This document shows, piece by piece, positions 25,600 through 35,150 of a stretch of DNA of 64,000 nt (within the stretch, counting starts at the first letter, position 1; each line of letters begins with the position of its first letter). The notes under the pieces are model-generated. The model was given only the letters and a program-made list of their open reading frames with translations, did no database searches and was not told where the DNA came from. A program made the position numbers and the translations under genes. The DNA is from an uncultured Thermoleophilia bacterium. GTDB lineage: Bacteria; Actinomycetota; Thermoleophilia; UBA2241. Where the stretch lies: the NCBI GenBank assembly GCA_963713475.1, contig CAVQLY010000007.1, forward strand, positions 64,834 to 128,833. The letters are read 5' to 3'.

Positions 25600-27075
25600 T
25601 CAGGCGACGACCCGCAGCGTGTGGAGTGTGCGGTCTTCGGGGCCGTGCACCTTGAGGCCGGTCGCCGAGGCCTCCTGCAGGTAGGCGACGATCTCGGGCG
25701 AGACCTCCTCGCCGGGGCCGAGGACGGGGATGCCCGGCGGGTACGGCGTCACCATCTCGGCGCTCACTTCGCCGGCGCACTCGGCGAGCGGCCGGGCGAC
25801 GGCGGCGGCGAACGTCGCGTCGCGCGGCGAGAGGACCTGGCGCGTGAAGGGCGGCGTGTGGGAGAGGAGGCCGGAGCAGGCGGCAGAGCCGCCCCCGCCG
25901 GCCTCCGAGCCGTACCGCGCCGCCAGGTCGCGCAGCGCACCGACGAGCAGGTCGATGTCGTCGCGGCTGTCGCCGAAGGTCACGTTGAGCACGATGTTGA
26001 GCGGGTCGGCCGCCTCGACGGCGATGCGGTAGTCGTCGCGCAGCACCGTCTCGAGCTGATGCCCCGTGAGGCCGAGCGCGCAGGCGGAGATGGTGAGGCG
26101 CGTGGGATCGAACTCGGCCACTCCATCCCGTTCGAGCAGCTCACTTCCGAGGCAGCGCAGGCCGGGGAGCTCGCCGATGCGGGTCCGCGCCCACTCCGCG
26201 AGCTCGATGGCGCCGCGCCACAGCTCGGCGCCGTGCACGGCCATCTGCTGGCGGGCTGCGTCGATGCTCACGTACATGAGCACCTGCGGGCTCGTGCTCT
26301 GTGTCATGTGGACCATGCCGTCGAGGCGCGCGAGGTTGATGCGCTCGCCGCGCGCCATGAGCACCGACGACTGCGTGATCCCGCTGATGAGCTTGTGCGT
26401 GCTGACCACGGCCGCGTCGGCGCCGGCCGTCATGGCGTCCACCGGCAGCTCGGGGCAGAAGCGCAGGTGCGGCCCCCACGCCTGGTCGGTGACGAACGGC
26501 ACCCCGGCGCCGTGAGAGAGCGCGCCGATGGCGGCAAGGTCGGCCCCGAGGCCGTTATAGGTGGGCGACGTGACGAAGACGGCGCGGGCGTCGGGCGCCT
26601 GCTCGAGCGCAGCCCGCGCATCCTCGGCCCGCACCTGGAGCGGGATGCCCCAGAGCGGGTCGATGGCCGGCTCCATGTAGAGCGGCATCGCACCCGTGAA
26701 GATGAGCCCCGCAAGCATGGACTTGTGGGCGTTGCGGGGCACGATCACGGTGTCGCCGGGGCCGCACAGGGCGAGCAGCAGGGCGTGGACGCCGCTGGTG
26801 GAACCGTTGACGAGGAACCAGGTGCGATCCGAGCCCCACGCCTCGGCGGCGTAGTCCTCGGCGAGGCGGATGAGGCCCGTGGACTCGCGCGTGTCCTCCA
26901 CAGCGCCGGCCATGGCGAGGTCGGCCTGGAGGCAGGTGTCGCCGAGGTACTCCCGCAGCCCGGCGGGCGCCCCCTTGCCGAGCTTGTGACCCGGCGTGTG
27001 GAACGGCGTGTAGCCGACGGTGCGGTAGCGCATCGCGGCGTCGAGGTAGGGCGTCTCCCGCTGGTCGTGGGGCAC
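25600..27075 (-). CDS. PLP-dependent Orn/Lys/Arg decarboxylase (SpeA/LdcC fold type I family)
   Basis: ..TPFHTPGHKLGKG.., ..VNGSTSGVHA.., ..STHKLISG.. (PLP lysine). GTG 27075 after GGAGGA. Confidence 0.8.
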   Translation of the reverse strand: MPHDQRETPYLDAAMRYRTVGYTPFHTPGHKLGKGAPAGLREYLGDTCLQADLAMAGAVEDTRESTGLIRLAEDYAAEAWGSDRTWFLVNGSTSGVHALLLALCGPGDTVIVPRNAHKSMLAGLIFTGAMPLYMEPAIDPLWGIPLQVRAEDARAALEQAPDARAVFVTSPTYNGLGADLAAIGALSHGAGVPFVTDQAWGPHLRFCPELPVDAMTAGADAAVVSTHKLISGITQSSVLMARGERINLARLDGMVHMTQSTSPQVLMYVSIDAARQQMAVHGAELWRGAIELAEWARTRIGELPGLRCLGSELLERDGVAEFDPTRLTISACALGLTGHQLETVLRDDYRIAVEAADPLNIVLNVTFGDSRDDIDLLVGALRDLAARYGSEAGGGGSAACSGLLSHTPPFTRQVLSPRDATFAAAVARPLAECAGEVSAEMVTPYPPGIPVLGPGEEVSPEIVAYLQEASATGLKVHGPEDRTLHTLRVVA

Positions 27076-27215
27076 TCGGGTCCTCCAGTGGCTCGGGCGG
27101 CCGGGCGACTCGCCGGCCCGTGGCCGCAAGCATACCAAGGAGGGGTGATAGACTCGACCTGTTTGCAGGAGAAAACGGCTCACGGGCAGGAGCAGGAATA
27201 ACCCTCGACCAGACA

Positions 27216-28670
27216 GTGAGAGTACGCTTCGCGCCGAGTCCCACGGGCACGTTGCACATCGGCTCGGCGCGCACCGCGCTCTACAACTTCCTCTTCGCCC
27301 GCCACACCGGCGGCAGCTTCGTCCTGCGCATCGACGACACCGACGCGGCGCGCTCGGATGCGGCGCTGGAAGAGAGCATCATGGCCGACCTGCGCTGGCT
27401 GGGGCTGACGTGGGACGAGGGGACGGACGTCGGAGGTCCCTCCGGCCCGTACCGGCAGAGCGAGCGGCTCGAGCGGCACCGCACCGCGGCCGATGAGCTG
27501 CTGGCGGCCGGGCTCGCCTACCGCTGCTTCTGCCCCGAGGAGCGCCTCGAGGAGCTTCGCCGCGAGGCGCTCGCCGCCGGGCACACGCCGCGCTACGACC
27601 GCCGCTGCCTCGCGCTGCCGGCCGAAGAGGTGAGCCACCGGCTGGACGCCGGCGAGCCGGCGGCCGTGCGCTTCAAGGTACCCGCGGGGGAGGTCGTCGT
27701 CGACGACCTGATCCGCGGGCCGGTCGTCATCGGCGCCGACGCGCTCAGCGACCCCATCATCGTCCGCTCCGACGGCGTGGCCGGCTACAACTTCGCCACG
27801 GTCGTTGACGATCTCGCGATGGGCATCACGCACGTGATCCGCGGCGACGACCACCTCACCAACACCGCGCGCCAGCAGCTGCTCTTCGAGGCCCTCGGCG
27901 GGCCCGTCCCGCGCTGGGCGCACCACTCCATGGTGCTCGGTCCCGACGGCGGCAAGCTCAGCAAGCGCCACGGCGCCACCGCGGTGGGCGACTACCGCGA
28001 GCTCGGCTATCTGCCCGAGGCGATCGTGAACTACCTGGCGCTGCTCGGCTGGTCGCACGGCGAGGACGAGGTGCTCGACCTGGACCGCCTCGTCCGCGAG
28101 TTCGACCTCGGCAGGCTCTCGCCGAGCCCGGCGGTGTTCGACCTCGCCAAGCTCGACTGGCTCGACCACGAGCGCATCATGGCGCTCGCGCCGGAGGAGC
28201 ACGAGCGCCGCTTCGCGGAGCGGCTGCCGGCCGGGACGCCGCCGCAGGCGGCGGCCGCGCTCGCGGCCGCCTTCCAGCCGTCGCTGGTGCGCTACGGCGA
28301 CGCGCCGGCCGCGGCGGCGGAGGTGCTCGCGCCCCCTCCCGCGCCGCCGGAACTCGCCGCCGTTGCGCTCGCCGCCGCGTCGCAGCTGGCCCAGGCGCGC
28401 GCGCTGCGCGCCGAAGCGCCGGAGTGGCTGGCGCCCGCCGGCGCTCGCGACCTCCTCGGCGCCTACCGCGCCTGGGGCAAGGAGCGTTCCATCGGCGCCC
28501 GCGACCTGCTGATGCCGCTGCGCATCGCCCTCACCTCTGCGGAGCACGGCCCGGAGCTGCCCTTCGTCCTCGCCGCGCTCGACCGCGAGACCGCCCTCGC
28601 GCGACTCGACTTCATCCTCGCCGGGAACCCTGCCGGTGAGCCCACGCCTACGCCAGGAGACCAGCCGTGA
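27216..28670 (+). CDS. gltX: Glutamyl-tRNA synthetase
   Basis: RFAPSPTGTLHIGSARTA (HIGH) and KLSKRHG (KMSKS). About 484 aa from GTG 27216. Confidence 0.9.
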   Translation: MRVRFAPSPTGTLHIGSARTALYNFLFARHTGGSFVLRIDDTDAARSDAALEESIMADLRWLGLTWDEGTDVGGPSGPYRQSERLERHRTAADELLAAGLAYRCFCPEERLEELRREALAAGHTPRYDRRCLALPAEEVSHRLDAGEPAAVRFKVPAGEVVVDDLIRGPVVIGADALSDPIIVRSDGVAGYNFATVVDDLAMGITHVIRGDDHLTNTARQQLLFEALGGPVPRWAHHSMVLGPDGGKLSKRHGATAVGDYRELGYLPEAIVNYLALLGWSHGEDEVLDLDRLVREFDLGRLSPSPAVFDLAKLDWLDHERIMALAPEEHERRFAERLPAGTPPQAAAALAAAFQPSLVRYGDAPAAAAEVLAPPPAPPELAAVALAAASQLAQARALRAEAPEWLAPAGARDLLGAYRAWGKERSIGARDLLMPLRIALTSAEHGPELPFVLAALDRETALARLDFILAGNPAGEPTPTPGDQP

Positions 28671-30217
28671 TCCGCCTCTTCAACTCCCTGACCCAGCAGA
28701 AGGAGCAGTTCGAGCCCCGCGACCCCGGCAAGGCCGGCGTCTACTGCTGCGGTCCCACGGTCTACAACCTGGTGCACGTCGGCAACGCGCGGCCCTACGT
28801 GACCTTCGCCGTCCTCCGCTCGTGGCTCACCTATCGCGGCCTCGACGTCACGCTGGTGACCAACATCACCGACGTCGACGACAAGATCATCACCAAGGCC
28901 AACGCCGAGGGTCGGGACGCGACGGCCGTGGCCGAGGAGTACACCGCCGCGTACGTCGCCGACACCGACCGGCTGGGTATCCCCCGGCCGGACGTCGAGC
29001 CCAAGGCCACCGAGACCATCGCCGAGATCATCGATCTCGTCTGCCAGCTCATCAGCTCCGATCACGCCTACCCGGCCAACGGCAGCGTCTACTTCCGCGT
29101 GCGCAGCTTCGACGAGTACGGCAAGCTCAGCAAGCAGCGCATCGACGAGCTTGCGGAGGGTGTGCGCGTCGACACTGAGCCGGGCAAGGCCGACCCGCTC
29201 GACTTCGCCGTCTGGAAGGCCGCCAAGCCGGGCGAGCCGGCCTGGGAGAGCCCCTGGGGCATGGGCCGGCCCGGCTGGCACATCGAGTGCTCCGCCATGG
29301 GCCTGCGCTACCTGGGCGCCGGGTTCGACGTGCACGGCGGCGGCCGCGACCTCATCTTCCCGCACCACGAGAACGAGATCGCCCAGAGCGAGGCTGCCGG
29401 CCTGCCGTTCGCCAAGGTCTGGATGCACAACGGGATGATCCGCAGCGACGGCGAGAAGATGGCCAAGAGCGTCGGCAACATCTTCCTGCTGCGCGAGGTG
29501 CTCGACCGCTACGACCCCGCGGTCGTGCTCACCTACTTCCTCACGACCCACTATCGCAGCCCGCTCGAGTTCAGCACCGACAAGCTGGACGAGGCGAAGA
29601 CCGCCTACGCTCGCTTCGCGAGCGCCCTCGCCGACATCGACTTCCGCGTCGCCAATGCGGGCAAGGCGGCGACGCGCGGCGAGTGGCCGGAGCTCGCGCT
29701 GCGCGCGGAGGCGACGCGCGTGGCCTTCTCGGAGCGGATGGACGACGACCTCAACACCGCCGGCGCCATCGGCGAGCTGTTCGGGCTGGTCGGCGAGATG
29801 TACCGCTACCTGACTGCGGTGGACGGGGGGGAGGCACCGCTCGACGCCGCTGCGCTCACCACCGTGGGCGACGTGGTGCGCGAATCACTCGGCGTGCTGC
29901 TCATCCCCGTGCCGGGCGCCGGCGCCGGCCTCACCGGTGTGGGCACCGTCGCCGGCGGGGACGCCACGGCCTGCGTCACCGGCGGCGTCGCGCTGCTGCC
30001 GGCGGCCCGCCTCGCGGAGGAGGGCCGCTGGGACGACGTCGCGCTGGTCTACGCCGACCGGCTCGGGTGCGACGACGCCACCTACGCCTGCGTCCTGCGC
30101 GACCACTATCGTGCCGAGAAGCAGTGGGCCGATGCGGACCGGCTGCGTGACGAACTGCAGGTCGCGGGCTTCGAGGTGCGCGACACGCCGCAGGGCACGC
30201 AGGTCGTCAAGAAGTGA
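28667..30217 (+). CDS. cysS: Cysteinyl-tRNA synthetase
   Basis: ..YCCGPTVYNLVHVGNARP.. (HIGH-like), ..GWHIECSAM.., KMAKSVGN (KMSKS). GTGA overlap with gltX. Confidence 0.9.
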   Translation: MIRLFNSLTQQKEQFEPRDPGKAGVYCCGPTVYNLVHVGNARPYVTFAVLRSWLTYRGLDVTLVTNITDVDDKIITKANAEGRDATAVAEEYTAAYVADTDRLGIPRPDVEPKATETIAEIIDLVCQLISSDHAYPANGSVYFRVRSFDEYGKLSKQRIDELAEGVRVDTEPGKADPLDFAVWKAAKPGEPAWESPWGMGRPGWHIECSAMGLRYLGAGFDVHGGGRDLIFPHHENEIAQSEAAGLPFAKVWMHNGMIRSDGEKMAKSVGNIFLLREVLDRYDPAVVLTYFLTTHYRSPLEFSTDKLDEAKTAYARFASALADIDFRVANAGKAATRGEWPELALRAEATRVAFSERMDDDLNTAGAIGELFGLVGEMYRYLTAVDGGEAPLDAAALTTVGDVVRESLGVLLIPVPGAGAGLTGVGTVAGGDATACVTGGVALLPAARLAEEGRWDDVALVYADRLGCDDATYACVLRDHYRAEKQWADADRLRDELQVAGFEVRDTPQGTQVVKK

Positions 30218-30245
30218 CCACCATGGGCCGGCGCCCGGCGGCGGA

Positions 30246-30638
30246 TCAGCCGAACAGGAGCGCGCCGACGAGCGCGAACGAACCGACCATGCCGCCGGCC
30301 ACTCCGGCGACGAACGCGGAAGTGGCGTATCGCTCCGCGCGCCCGGGATCGACGCCCGCCCTGATCAGGCTCATCAGGGCGATGACGATCGCGCCGCCGG
30401 CGAGCAGGACGGCCGCCGCCGCGGCGGCGGCTTCCGCGCCGCCGTGCATGACGCCCACCGGCAGCAGCGTCACGATCGGCGGCACGAGCACGGCGATGGT
30501 GAGCGCGGCGCTGAGGCGCGGCCTGCGGCCGCACAGCGCCGCGACGGCGAGCAGGGCGACCGGCGAGAGCACGGTCCACCAGAACAGCGCCGAGATGACC
30601 ACGGCGGCGAACGAGCCGGGGGAGAGGTCGATGGGCAT
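30246..30638 (-). CDS. Small hypothetical integral membrane protein
   Basis: Four hydrophobic segments from MPIDLSPGSFAAVVISALFWW... The track ORF extends to 30725, but its N-terminal part is Arg-rich and non-coding-like. Confidence 0.4.
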   Translation of the reverse strand: MPIDLSPGSFAAVVISALFWWTVLSPVALLAVAALCGRRPRLSAALTIAVLVPPIVTLLPVGVMHGGAEAAAAAAAVLLAGGAIVIALMSLIRAGVDPGRAERYATSAFVAGVAGGMVGSFALVGALLFG

Positions 30639-30702
30639 GCCGCCAGTGTACAGGCGGCCCCGACCCCTCGCCGCATCCTCGCAGCGGCGGTGAGGTGACG
30701 CC

Positions 30703-31413
30703 GTGGAGTGGCTGTACGGCCGCAACGTGGTGAAAGCCGCTCTTGGGCCCGGCGCCCGGCGGCGAGCCTACCGGCTCGCCGCGACCTCGCCGGGCCTGGA
30801 CGCCGTCGCCACGCTCGTCCCGGAGGATCTTCCGGTCGACACGGTCGGCGCGCATCAGCTCGACGAACTGGTCGGGACGCGCGAGCACCAGGGCGTGGCG
30901 CTGCAGGTCGACGGGTACCCCTACGCGGATCCCGACAGGCTTCTCAAGGCCGACGTGCTCGTGGTGCTCGACGAAGTCACCGACCCGCACAACCTCGGCG
31001 CCGTGGCGCGCAGCGCGCTGGCCGCCGGCGCCGGCGGACTTGTGGTCCCCAGGCACCGCTCAGCGCACGTGACGCCGGCGGCGGTCAAGGCGTCCGCCGG
31101 CACGCTCGAGTATCTTCCCGTCGCCCAGGTGACCAACGTGGTCACGTTCCTGCTGCGGGCCCGTGACGCCGGCTTCTGGATCTACGGCGCCGCCGGCGAG
31201 GCTGCCGCCTCGTATCTCCGCACGGACCTCACGGGCCGGATCGTCATCGTCGCCGGCGCAGAGGGCCGCGGTCTGCGGCCGCTCGTGGCGCGCACCTGCG
31301 ACGCCCTGGTGTCGATCCCCATGGACCCGTCCGTCGAGAGCCTCAACGTGAGCGTGGCCGCCGCGCTCCTCCTCTATGAGGCGCGGCGGCAGCGAGAGGC
31401 CGCCGGGTCGTGA
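30703..31413 (+). CDS. rlmB: 23S rRNA (guanosine-2'-O)-methyltransferase, SpoU/TrmH family (YacO/RlmB-like)
   Basis: ..VLDEVTDPHNLGAVARSA.., ..IVAGAEGRGLRP.., ..IPM...ESLNVSVAAALLLYE.. SPOUT motifs. Position after cysS as in Bacillus. Confidence 0.8.
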   Translation: MEWLYGRNVVKAALGPGARRRAYRLAATSPGLDAVATLVPEDLPVDTVGAHQLDELVGTREHQGVALQVDGYPYADPDRLLKADVLVVLDEVTDPHNLGAVARSALAAGAGGLVVPRHRSAHVTPAAVKASAGTLEYLPVAQVTNVVTFLLRARDAGFWIYGAAGEAAASYLRTDLTGRIVIVAGAEGRGLRPLVARTCDALVSIPMDPSVESLNVSVAAALLLYEARRQREAAGS

Positions 31414-31925
31414 ACGGCACGCTGTACATCGTCGACGGCTACAACGTGCTGCACGCCCTGTTCCACGGCGCTGAGAAGGAAGAGATCTTCGCGCGCCGCG
31501 ACTGGCTCGCCGACCGTCTCGCGAGCTTCGCCGCGCTGCGCGGCGCGCGGGTCGTCCTCGTGTTCGACGGCAGCGGCTCGCGCAGCACCAGCAGCGAGCC
31601 CATCAAGGGCGCGCCGGTGGAGGTCGTGTTCGCCGGCGGACGCTTCACCGCCGACACGCTCATCGCCCGCCGGATCGCCGACAAGCCGGCCGACGTGGAT
31701 GTGGTGGTCGTCTCCGCCGACCAGGAAGTCCAGCGCACTGCCTCCAGGGCCGGCGTGAGCCGCATGACCCCTCCAGAACTGGCCTCGGAGCTCAGCGGTG
31801 ACGACCGAAACGGGCAGGCTCTTGACTCTGCCTCAGACTCTACTAGAATGCCCTCACGGCTTGAGGATAAAGTTGACCCTGAGACTTTGCGACGTCTCGA
31901 GGAGTTGCGCCACAAGCCGCAGTAG
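31410..31925 (+). CDS. yacP: NYN-domain ribonuclease YacP/Rae1-like
   Basis: LYIVDGYNVLHA.., ..VVLVFDG.., ..VVFAGGRFTADTLI... GTGA overlap with rlmB. Ends in TAG. Confidence 0.75.
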   Translation: MNGTLYIVDGYNVLHALFHGAEKEEIFARRDWLADRLASFAALRGARVVLVFDGSGSRSTSSEPIKGAPVEVVFAGGRFTADTLIARRIADKPADVDVVVVSADQEVQRTASRAGVSRMTPPELASELSGDDRNGQALDSASDSTRMPSRLEDKVDPETLRRLEELRHKPQ

Positions 31926-31988
31926 ACGTTCCGGAGGGGCGTTTAACCGGGATGTGCAGGGGCAAACGAGCGGAGGTGGGGATCACGT

Positions 31989-32666
31989 ATGGCTCGCACG
32001 GCCGACCACAGCCGCGGCTCGGGATCGTCTCACAACCCTCAAGTCTTCACCGAGAGTTCTGACTTCGCCCTCGTGCAGGCGTACCGGCGGGGCAACCAGG
32101 TGGCGCTCGACGCCCTCATGGTCCGCTATCACCAGTTCGTGCGTCTCAAGGCGAGTTCGTACTTCCTGGCCGGCGGTGACGCCGAGGATCTCATCCAGGA
32201 GGGCATGCTCGGCCTGTACAAGGCGGTCCGCGACTACCGCGACGACCGCCTGGCGAGCTTCCGCAGCTTCGCCGAGCTCTGCATCACCCGGCAGATCATC
32301 ACCGCCATCAAGACGGCCACGCGCCAGAAGCACGTGCCGCTCAACGGCTACCTCTCGTTCAGCCAGTCACCCAGCGACTCGTCGGACGACGGCGACTGCT
32401 CCTTGGCCGACGTGCTGCCAGGGCCCACCACGCACGACCCGGTCAACCAGGTGATCAGTTCAGAAGAGGTCGACAGCCTCACGAGTTGCCTCACGAACCA
32501 TCTCTCGGAGCTCGAGGGCAAGGTGCTGCGGCTCTATCTGCAGGGCCTGAGCTACGAGCGCATCGCCGGCGAACTCGGCTGCGACTGCAAGACCGTGGAC
32601 AACGCGCTGCAGCGCATCAAGCGCAAGGTCGACCTGCATCTCGAGGGGCGGCGCGTCCCCACCTGA
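31989..32666 (+). CDS. sigH: RNA polymerase sigma factor SigH-like
   Basis: ..YHQFVRLKASSYFLAGGDAEDLIQEGMLGLYKAVRDYRDDRLASFRSFAELCITRQIITAIKTATRQKHVPLN.. is near-collinear with Bacillus SigH region 2. Confidence 0.85.
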   Translation: MARTADHSRGSGSSHNPQVFTESSDFALVQAYRRGNQVALDALMVRYHQFVRLKASSYFLAGGDAEDLIQEGMLGLYKAVRDYRDDRLASFRSFAELCITRQIITAIKTATRQKHVPLNGYLSFSQSPSDSSDDGDCSLADVLPGPTTHDPVNQVISSEEVDSLTSCLTNHLSELEGKVLRLYLQGLSYERIAGELGCDCKTVDNALQRIKRKVDLHLEGRRVPT

Positions 32667-32718
32667 CGCGCGCCGCCGCCTGCGGCTTCCGCGCGGCGCG
32701 CTCCCGCAACAAGACGCA

Positions 32719-32757
32719 GAACGGGCGGGGCGGCCCTGGAGGCCGCCCCGCCCGTTC
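32719..32757. terminator. Bidirectional terminator between convergent sigH and pilT
   Basis: Perfect 17-bp stem GAACGGGCGGGGCGGCC / GGCCGCCCCGCCCGTTC, 5-nt loop. Confidence 0.65.
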
Positions 32758-32781
32758 GTTCTTCGTCCCTGCGGGCTTGCC

Positions 32782-33873
32782 TCAGAACGTCATGAGGCTC
32801 ACGTCATGGCCCTGCGACTGCACGAGAAGCTTGAAGTCGTGCGGGTTGCTCGCCACCTGCGCCGCGTCGGCCAGAGTGATGAGTCCCTCCTCGTAGAGGC
32901 TGAGCAGCGCCTGATCGAACGTCTGCATGCCGTAGAAGTCGCCCTCTTTGATGGCGTCGCCGATGAGGCTCGCCTGGTCCGGGTCGAGGATGAAGTCCCT
33001 GATGCGGTTGGTGCACACCATGATCTCGATGGCCGGCACTCTGCCCTGGCCGTCGGCGCGCACGAGCAGGCGCTGGCTGATGATCCCCTTGAGCGTACCG
33101 GCAAGCATGATGCGGATCTGCTTCTGCTGGTGGATCGGGAAGAAGTCGATGATGCGGTTGATCGTCTCGGTCGCATCGATGGTGTGGAGCGTGCTCATCA
33201 CGAAGTGGCCGGTCTGCGCGGCGGTGAGCGCCGCCGCCACGGTCTCCGGGTCGCGCATCTCGCCGATGAGGATGTCGTCCGGGTCCTGGCGCAGCACGTA
33301 CTTGAGCGCCGTGGCGTAGGTGTCGGTGTCGAGGCCGATCTCGCGCTGGTTGATGATCGACTTCTTGTCCTTGTGGAGCACCTCGATGGGGTCCTCGACC
33401 GTGACGATGTGGCGGCGCATGGTGTTGTTGATGTGGTCGATCATCGCCGCCAGCGTGGTGGTCTTGCCCGAGCCGGTCGTGCCGGTGACGAGGACCAGGC
33501 CGCGGGGCTCGAGCGCCAGGCGCTTGATGATCTCGGGCAGGTGCAGCTCCTCGAACGACGGGATGCGCGTCGTGACCTGGCGCATGGCGACGCTGATGCT
33601 GCCGCGCTGGCGGAAGACGTTGACGCGGAAACGGCCCAGATTGGGCGCCGAGTAGGCGAAGTCGATCTCGTTGTGTTCGCTGAAGCGGCGGATCTGCTTG
33701 TCGGTCATGATGGACGCCGCCACGTCCTTGGTGTCCTCGGGAGTGAGCGGCGGCTCGTCCAGGAGCGCCAGCTCACCGTCCACGCGGATCACCGGCGGGC
33801 TCCCCGCCTTGATGTGCAGGTCCGACGCGTTGCGCGCCATCATCTCGCTCAGCAGGTCATCGATCGGTTTCAT
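32782..33873 (-). CDS. pilT: Type IV pilus retraction ATPase PilT
   Basis: ..SDLHIKAGSPPVIRVDG.., Walker A GTTGSGKTTT, ..GEMRD.ET.., ..TGHFVMSTLHT... 363 aa. Confidence 0.9.
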   Translation of the reverse strand: MKPIDDLLSEMMARNASDLHIKAGSPPVIRVDGELALLDEPPLTPEDTKDVAASIMTDKQIRRFSEHNEIDFAYSAPNLGRFRVNVFRQRGSISVAMRQVTTRIPSFEELHLPEIIKRLALEPRGLVLVTGTTGSGKTTTLAAMIDHINNTMRRHIVTVEDPIEVLHKDKKSIINQREIGLDTDTYATALKYVLRQDPDDILIGEMRDPETVAAALTAAQTGHFVMSTLHTIDATETINRIIDFFPIHQQKQIRIMLAGTLKGIISQRLLVRADGQGRVPAIEIMVCTNRIRDFILDPDQASLIGDAIKEGDFYGMQTFDQALLSLYEEGLITLADAAQVASNPHDFKLLVQSQGHDVSLMTF

Positions 33874-33974
33874 CGCGCAGCCCCAGTCGCTCGGGTTCTC
33901 TCTCCGTGTCCTTGTTCGGCAGAACCACGGAAAAGCTTACCTCCGCGGGCAACATCTGCCTACGGCGGCGGTTT

Positions 33975-35015
33975 CTAGAACCGGCCGCCGATCCAGGCGT
34001 CACGGCCGGTGAAGGTACCGTACCGCACCACGTCGCCCGTGTGTGGCGCCTCGATGCACGTGGTGCCCTCGACGAAGATGGCCACGTGGTGGCTGAAGCT
34101 CGCGTTGCCGAAGAAGATGAGGTCGCCCGGGCGCAGGTCGGTCAGCGCGACCGGGATGCTCGAGCGCTGTTGGTCGGTGGCGCCGTGCGACATGCCGATG
34201 CCGATCTGCGCGTAGCAGTACATGGTGAGGCCGGAGCAGTCGAAGCCGCTCGTGCTCGCGCCGCCCCAGACGTAGGGGACGCCGAAGTAGCGTTGCGCGA
34301 TCGAGACGATCTCGGGGTGTCCGGGGCTGTTGGGGTCGACGGGACCGGGGATGGGTCCGGAGTACCCCGTGAGCGCCAGCTGTGCGCGGAGCTTGGCCTG
34401 GTACTTGAGTTTCTTGATCTGCTTCTGGATCGTGCCGGTGAGGTCCTGAAGGTCCGCCTGCAGCGAGACGAGCTCGTTCTTGTGCTGCTCGCGTGCCGCG
34501 ACGAGCTTCGCGGCGACCTTCTGGTCCGTCTCGAGGGTGAGCCGGCGGTCCTTGATGTCGCGCTTGTACGCGGTGATGGCGTGGACGGTGTCGACATCGC
34601 TGTTGCCGAGCCGTTCCATCAGGTCCAGCTGTGTGATCAGCTCGTCGAAGCTGTCGGCCTCGAAGATGACGTCGACGACGCCGACGTCGCGCGACTTGTA
34701 GATGTTCAGGGCGCGCTGCATGAGCTGATCGTTGGCGCGCTCGAGGTTCTTGCGCGCGGTCTCGAGCTGGTTCTGGTTCTCTTCGATCTGCGCCTGGATG
34801 GTCTCGAGCTGGCTCGTCGCCTGGTTGTACTTCTCGACGGCGATCTCGGACTGGGTGGAGACGACGCCGAGGCGCGCCTCGACGGACTTGAGGCGGGCCT
34901 TGGCCTTGGCGACGGAGCCGGCCGCAGGCGCCACGGGGGCGGTGACGAGCATGACCGCCACGACGCCGAAGACGACGAGGGTGGCGGCCTTGATGAGGTT
35001 GCTGCTTCGGTTCAC
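33975..35015 (-). CDS. Secreted coiled-coil NlpC/P60 peptidoglycan endopeptidase (CwlO/RipA-like), paralogue 1
   Basis: GTG 35015 after GGAGGA. Signal peptide, long coiled coil, C-terminal ..YVWGGASTSGFDCSGLTMYCY..HHVAIFV..IEAPHTG... Ends in TAG. Confidence 0.8.
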   Translation of the reverse strand: MNRSSNLIKAATLVVFGVVAVMLVTAPVAPAAGSVAKAKARLKSVEARLGVVSTQSEIAVEKYNQATSQLETIQAQIEENQNQLETARKNLERANDQLMQRALNIYKSRDVGVVDVIFEADSFDELITQLDLMERLGNSDVDTVHAITAYKRDIKDRRLTLETDQKVAAKLVAAREQHKNELVSLQADLQDLTGTIQKQIKKLKYQAKLRAQLALTGYSGPIPGPVDPNSPGHPEIVSIAQRYFGVPYVWGGASTSGFDCSGLTMYCYAQIGIGMSHGATDQQRSSIPVALTDLRPGDLIFFGNASFSHHVAIFVEGTTCIEAPHTGDVVRYGTFTGRDAWIGGRF

Positions 35016-35090
35016 TCGGTGCTGTCCTCCGGCGTCACGCCTGTGGAGTGACGCGCGGTCGCGTACCACGGTTCGGGGTGAGAACGTATT

Positions 35091-35143
35091 CGTGCCTGAG
35101 GCCGCGTTCCCTACGCGAGCGGGGGAACGCGGCCTCAGGCACG
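35091..35143 (-). terminator. Terminator hairpin between the two NlpC/P60 paralogues
   Basis: Perfect 21-bp stem CGTGCCTGAGGCCGCGTTCCC / GGGAACGCGGCCTCAGGCACG. Confidence 0.6.
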
Positions 35144-35150
35144 CGGTAGA

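Noticed and set aside
27076-27215. T-box leaders upstream of gltX (27076-27215) and glyQ (63724-63829).
   Set aside because: The leaders are only about 55 and about 25 nt downstream of plausible -10 elements, far too short for a T-box. No specifier or T-box sequence was seen.
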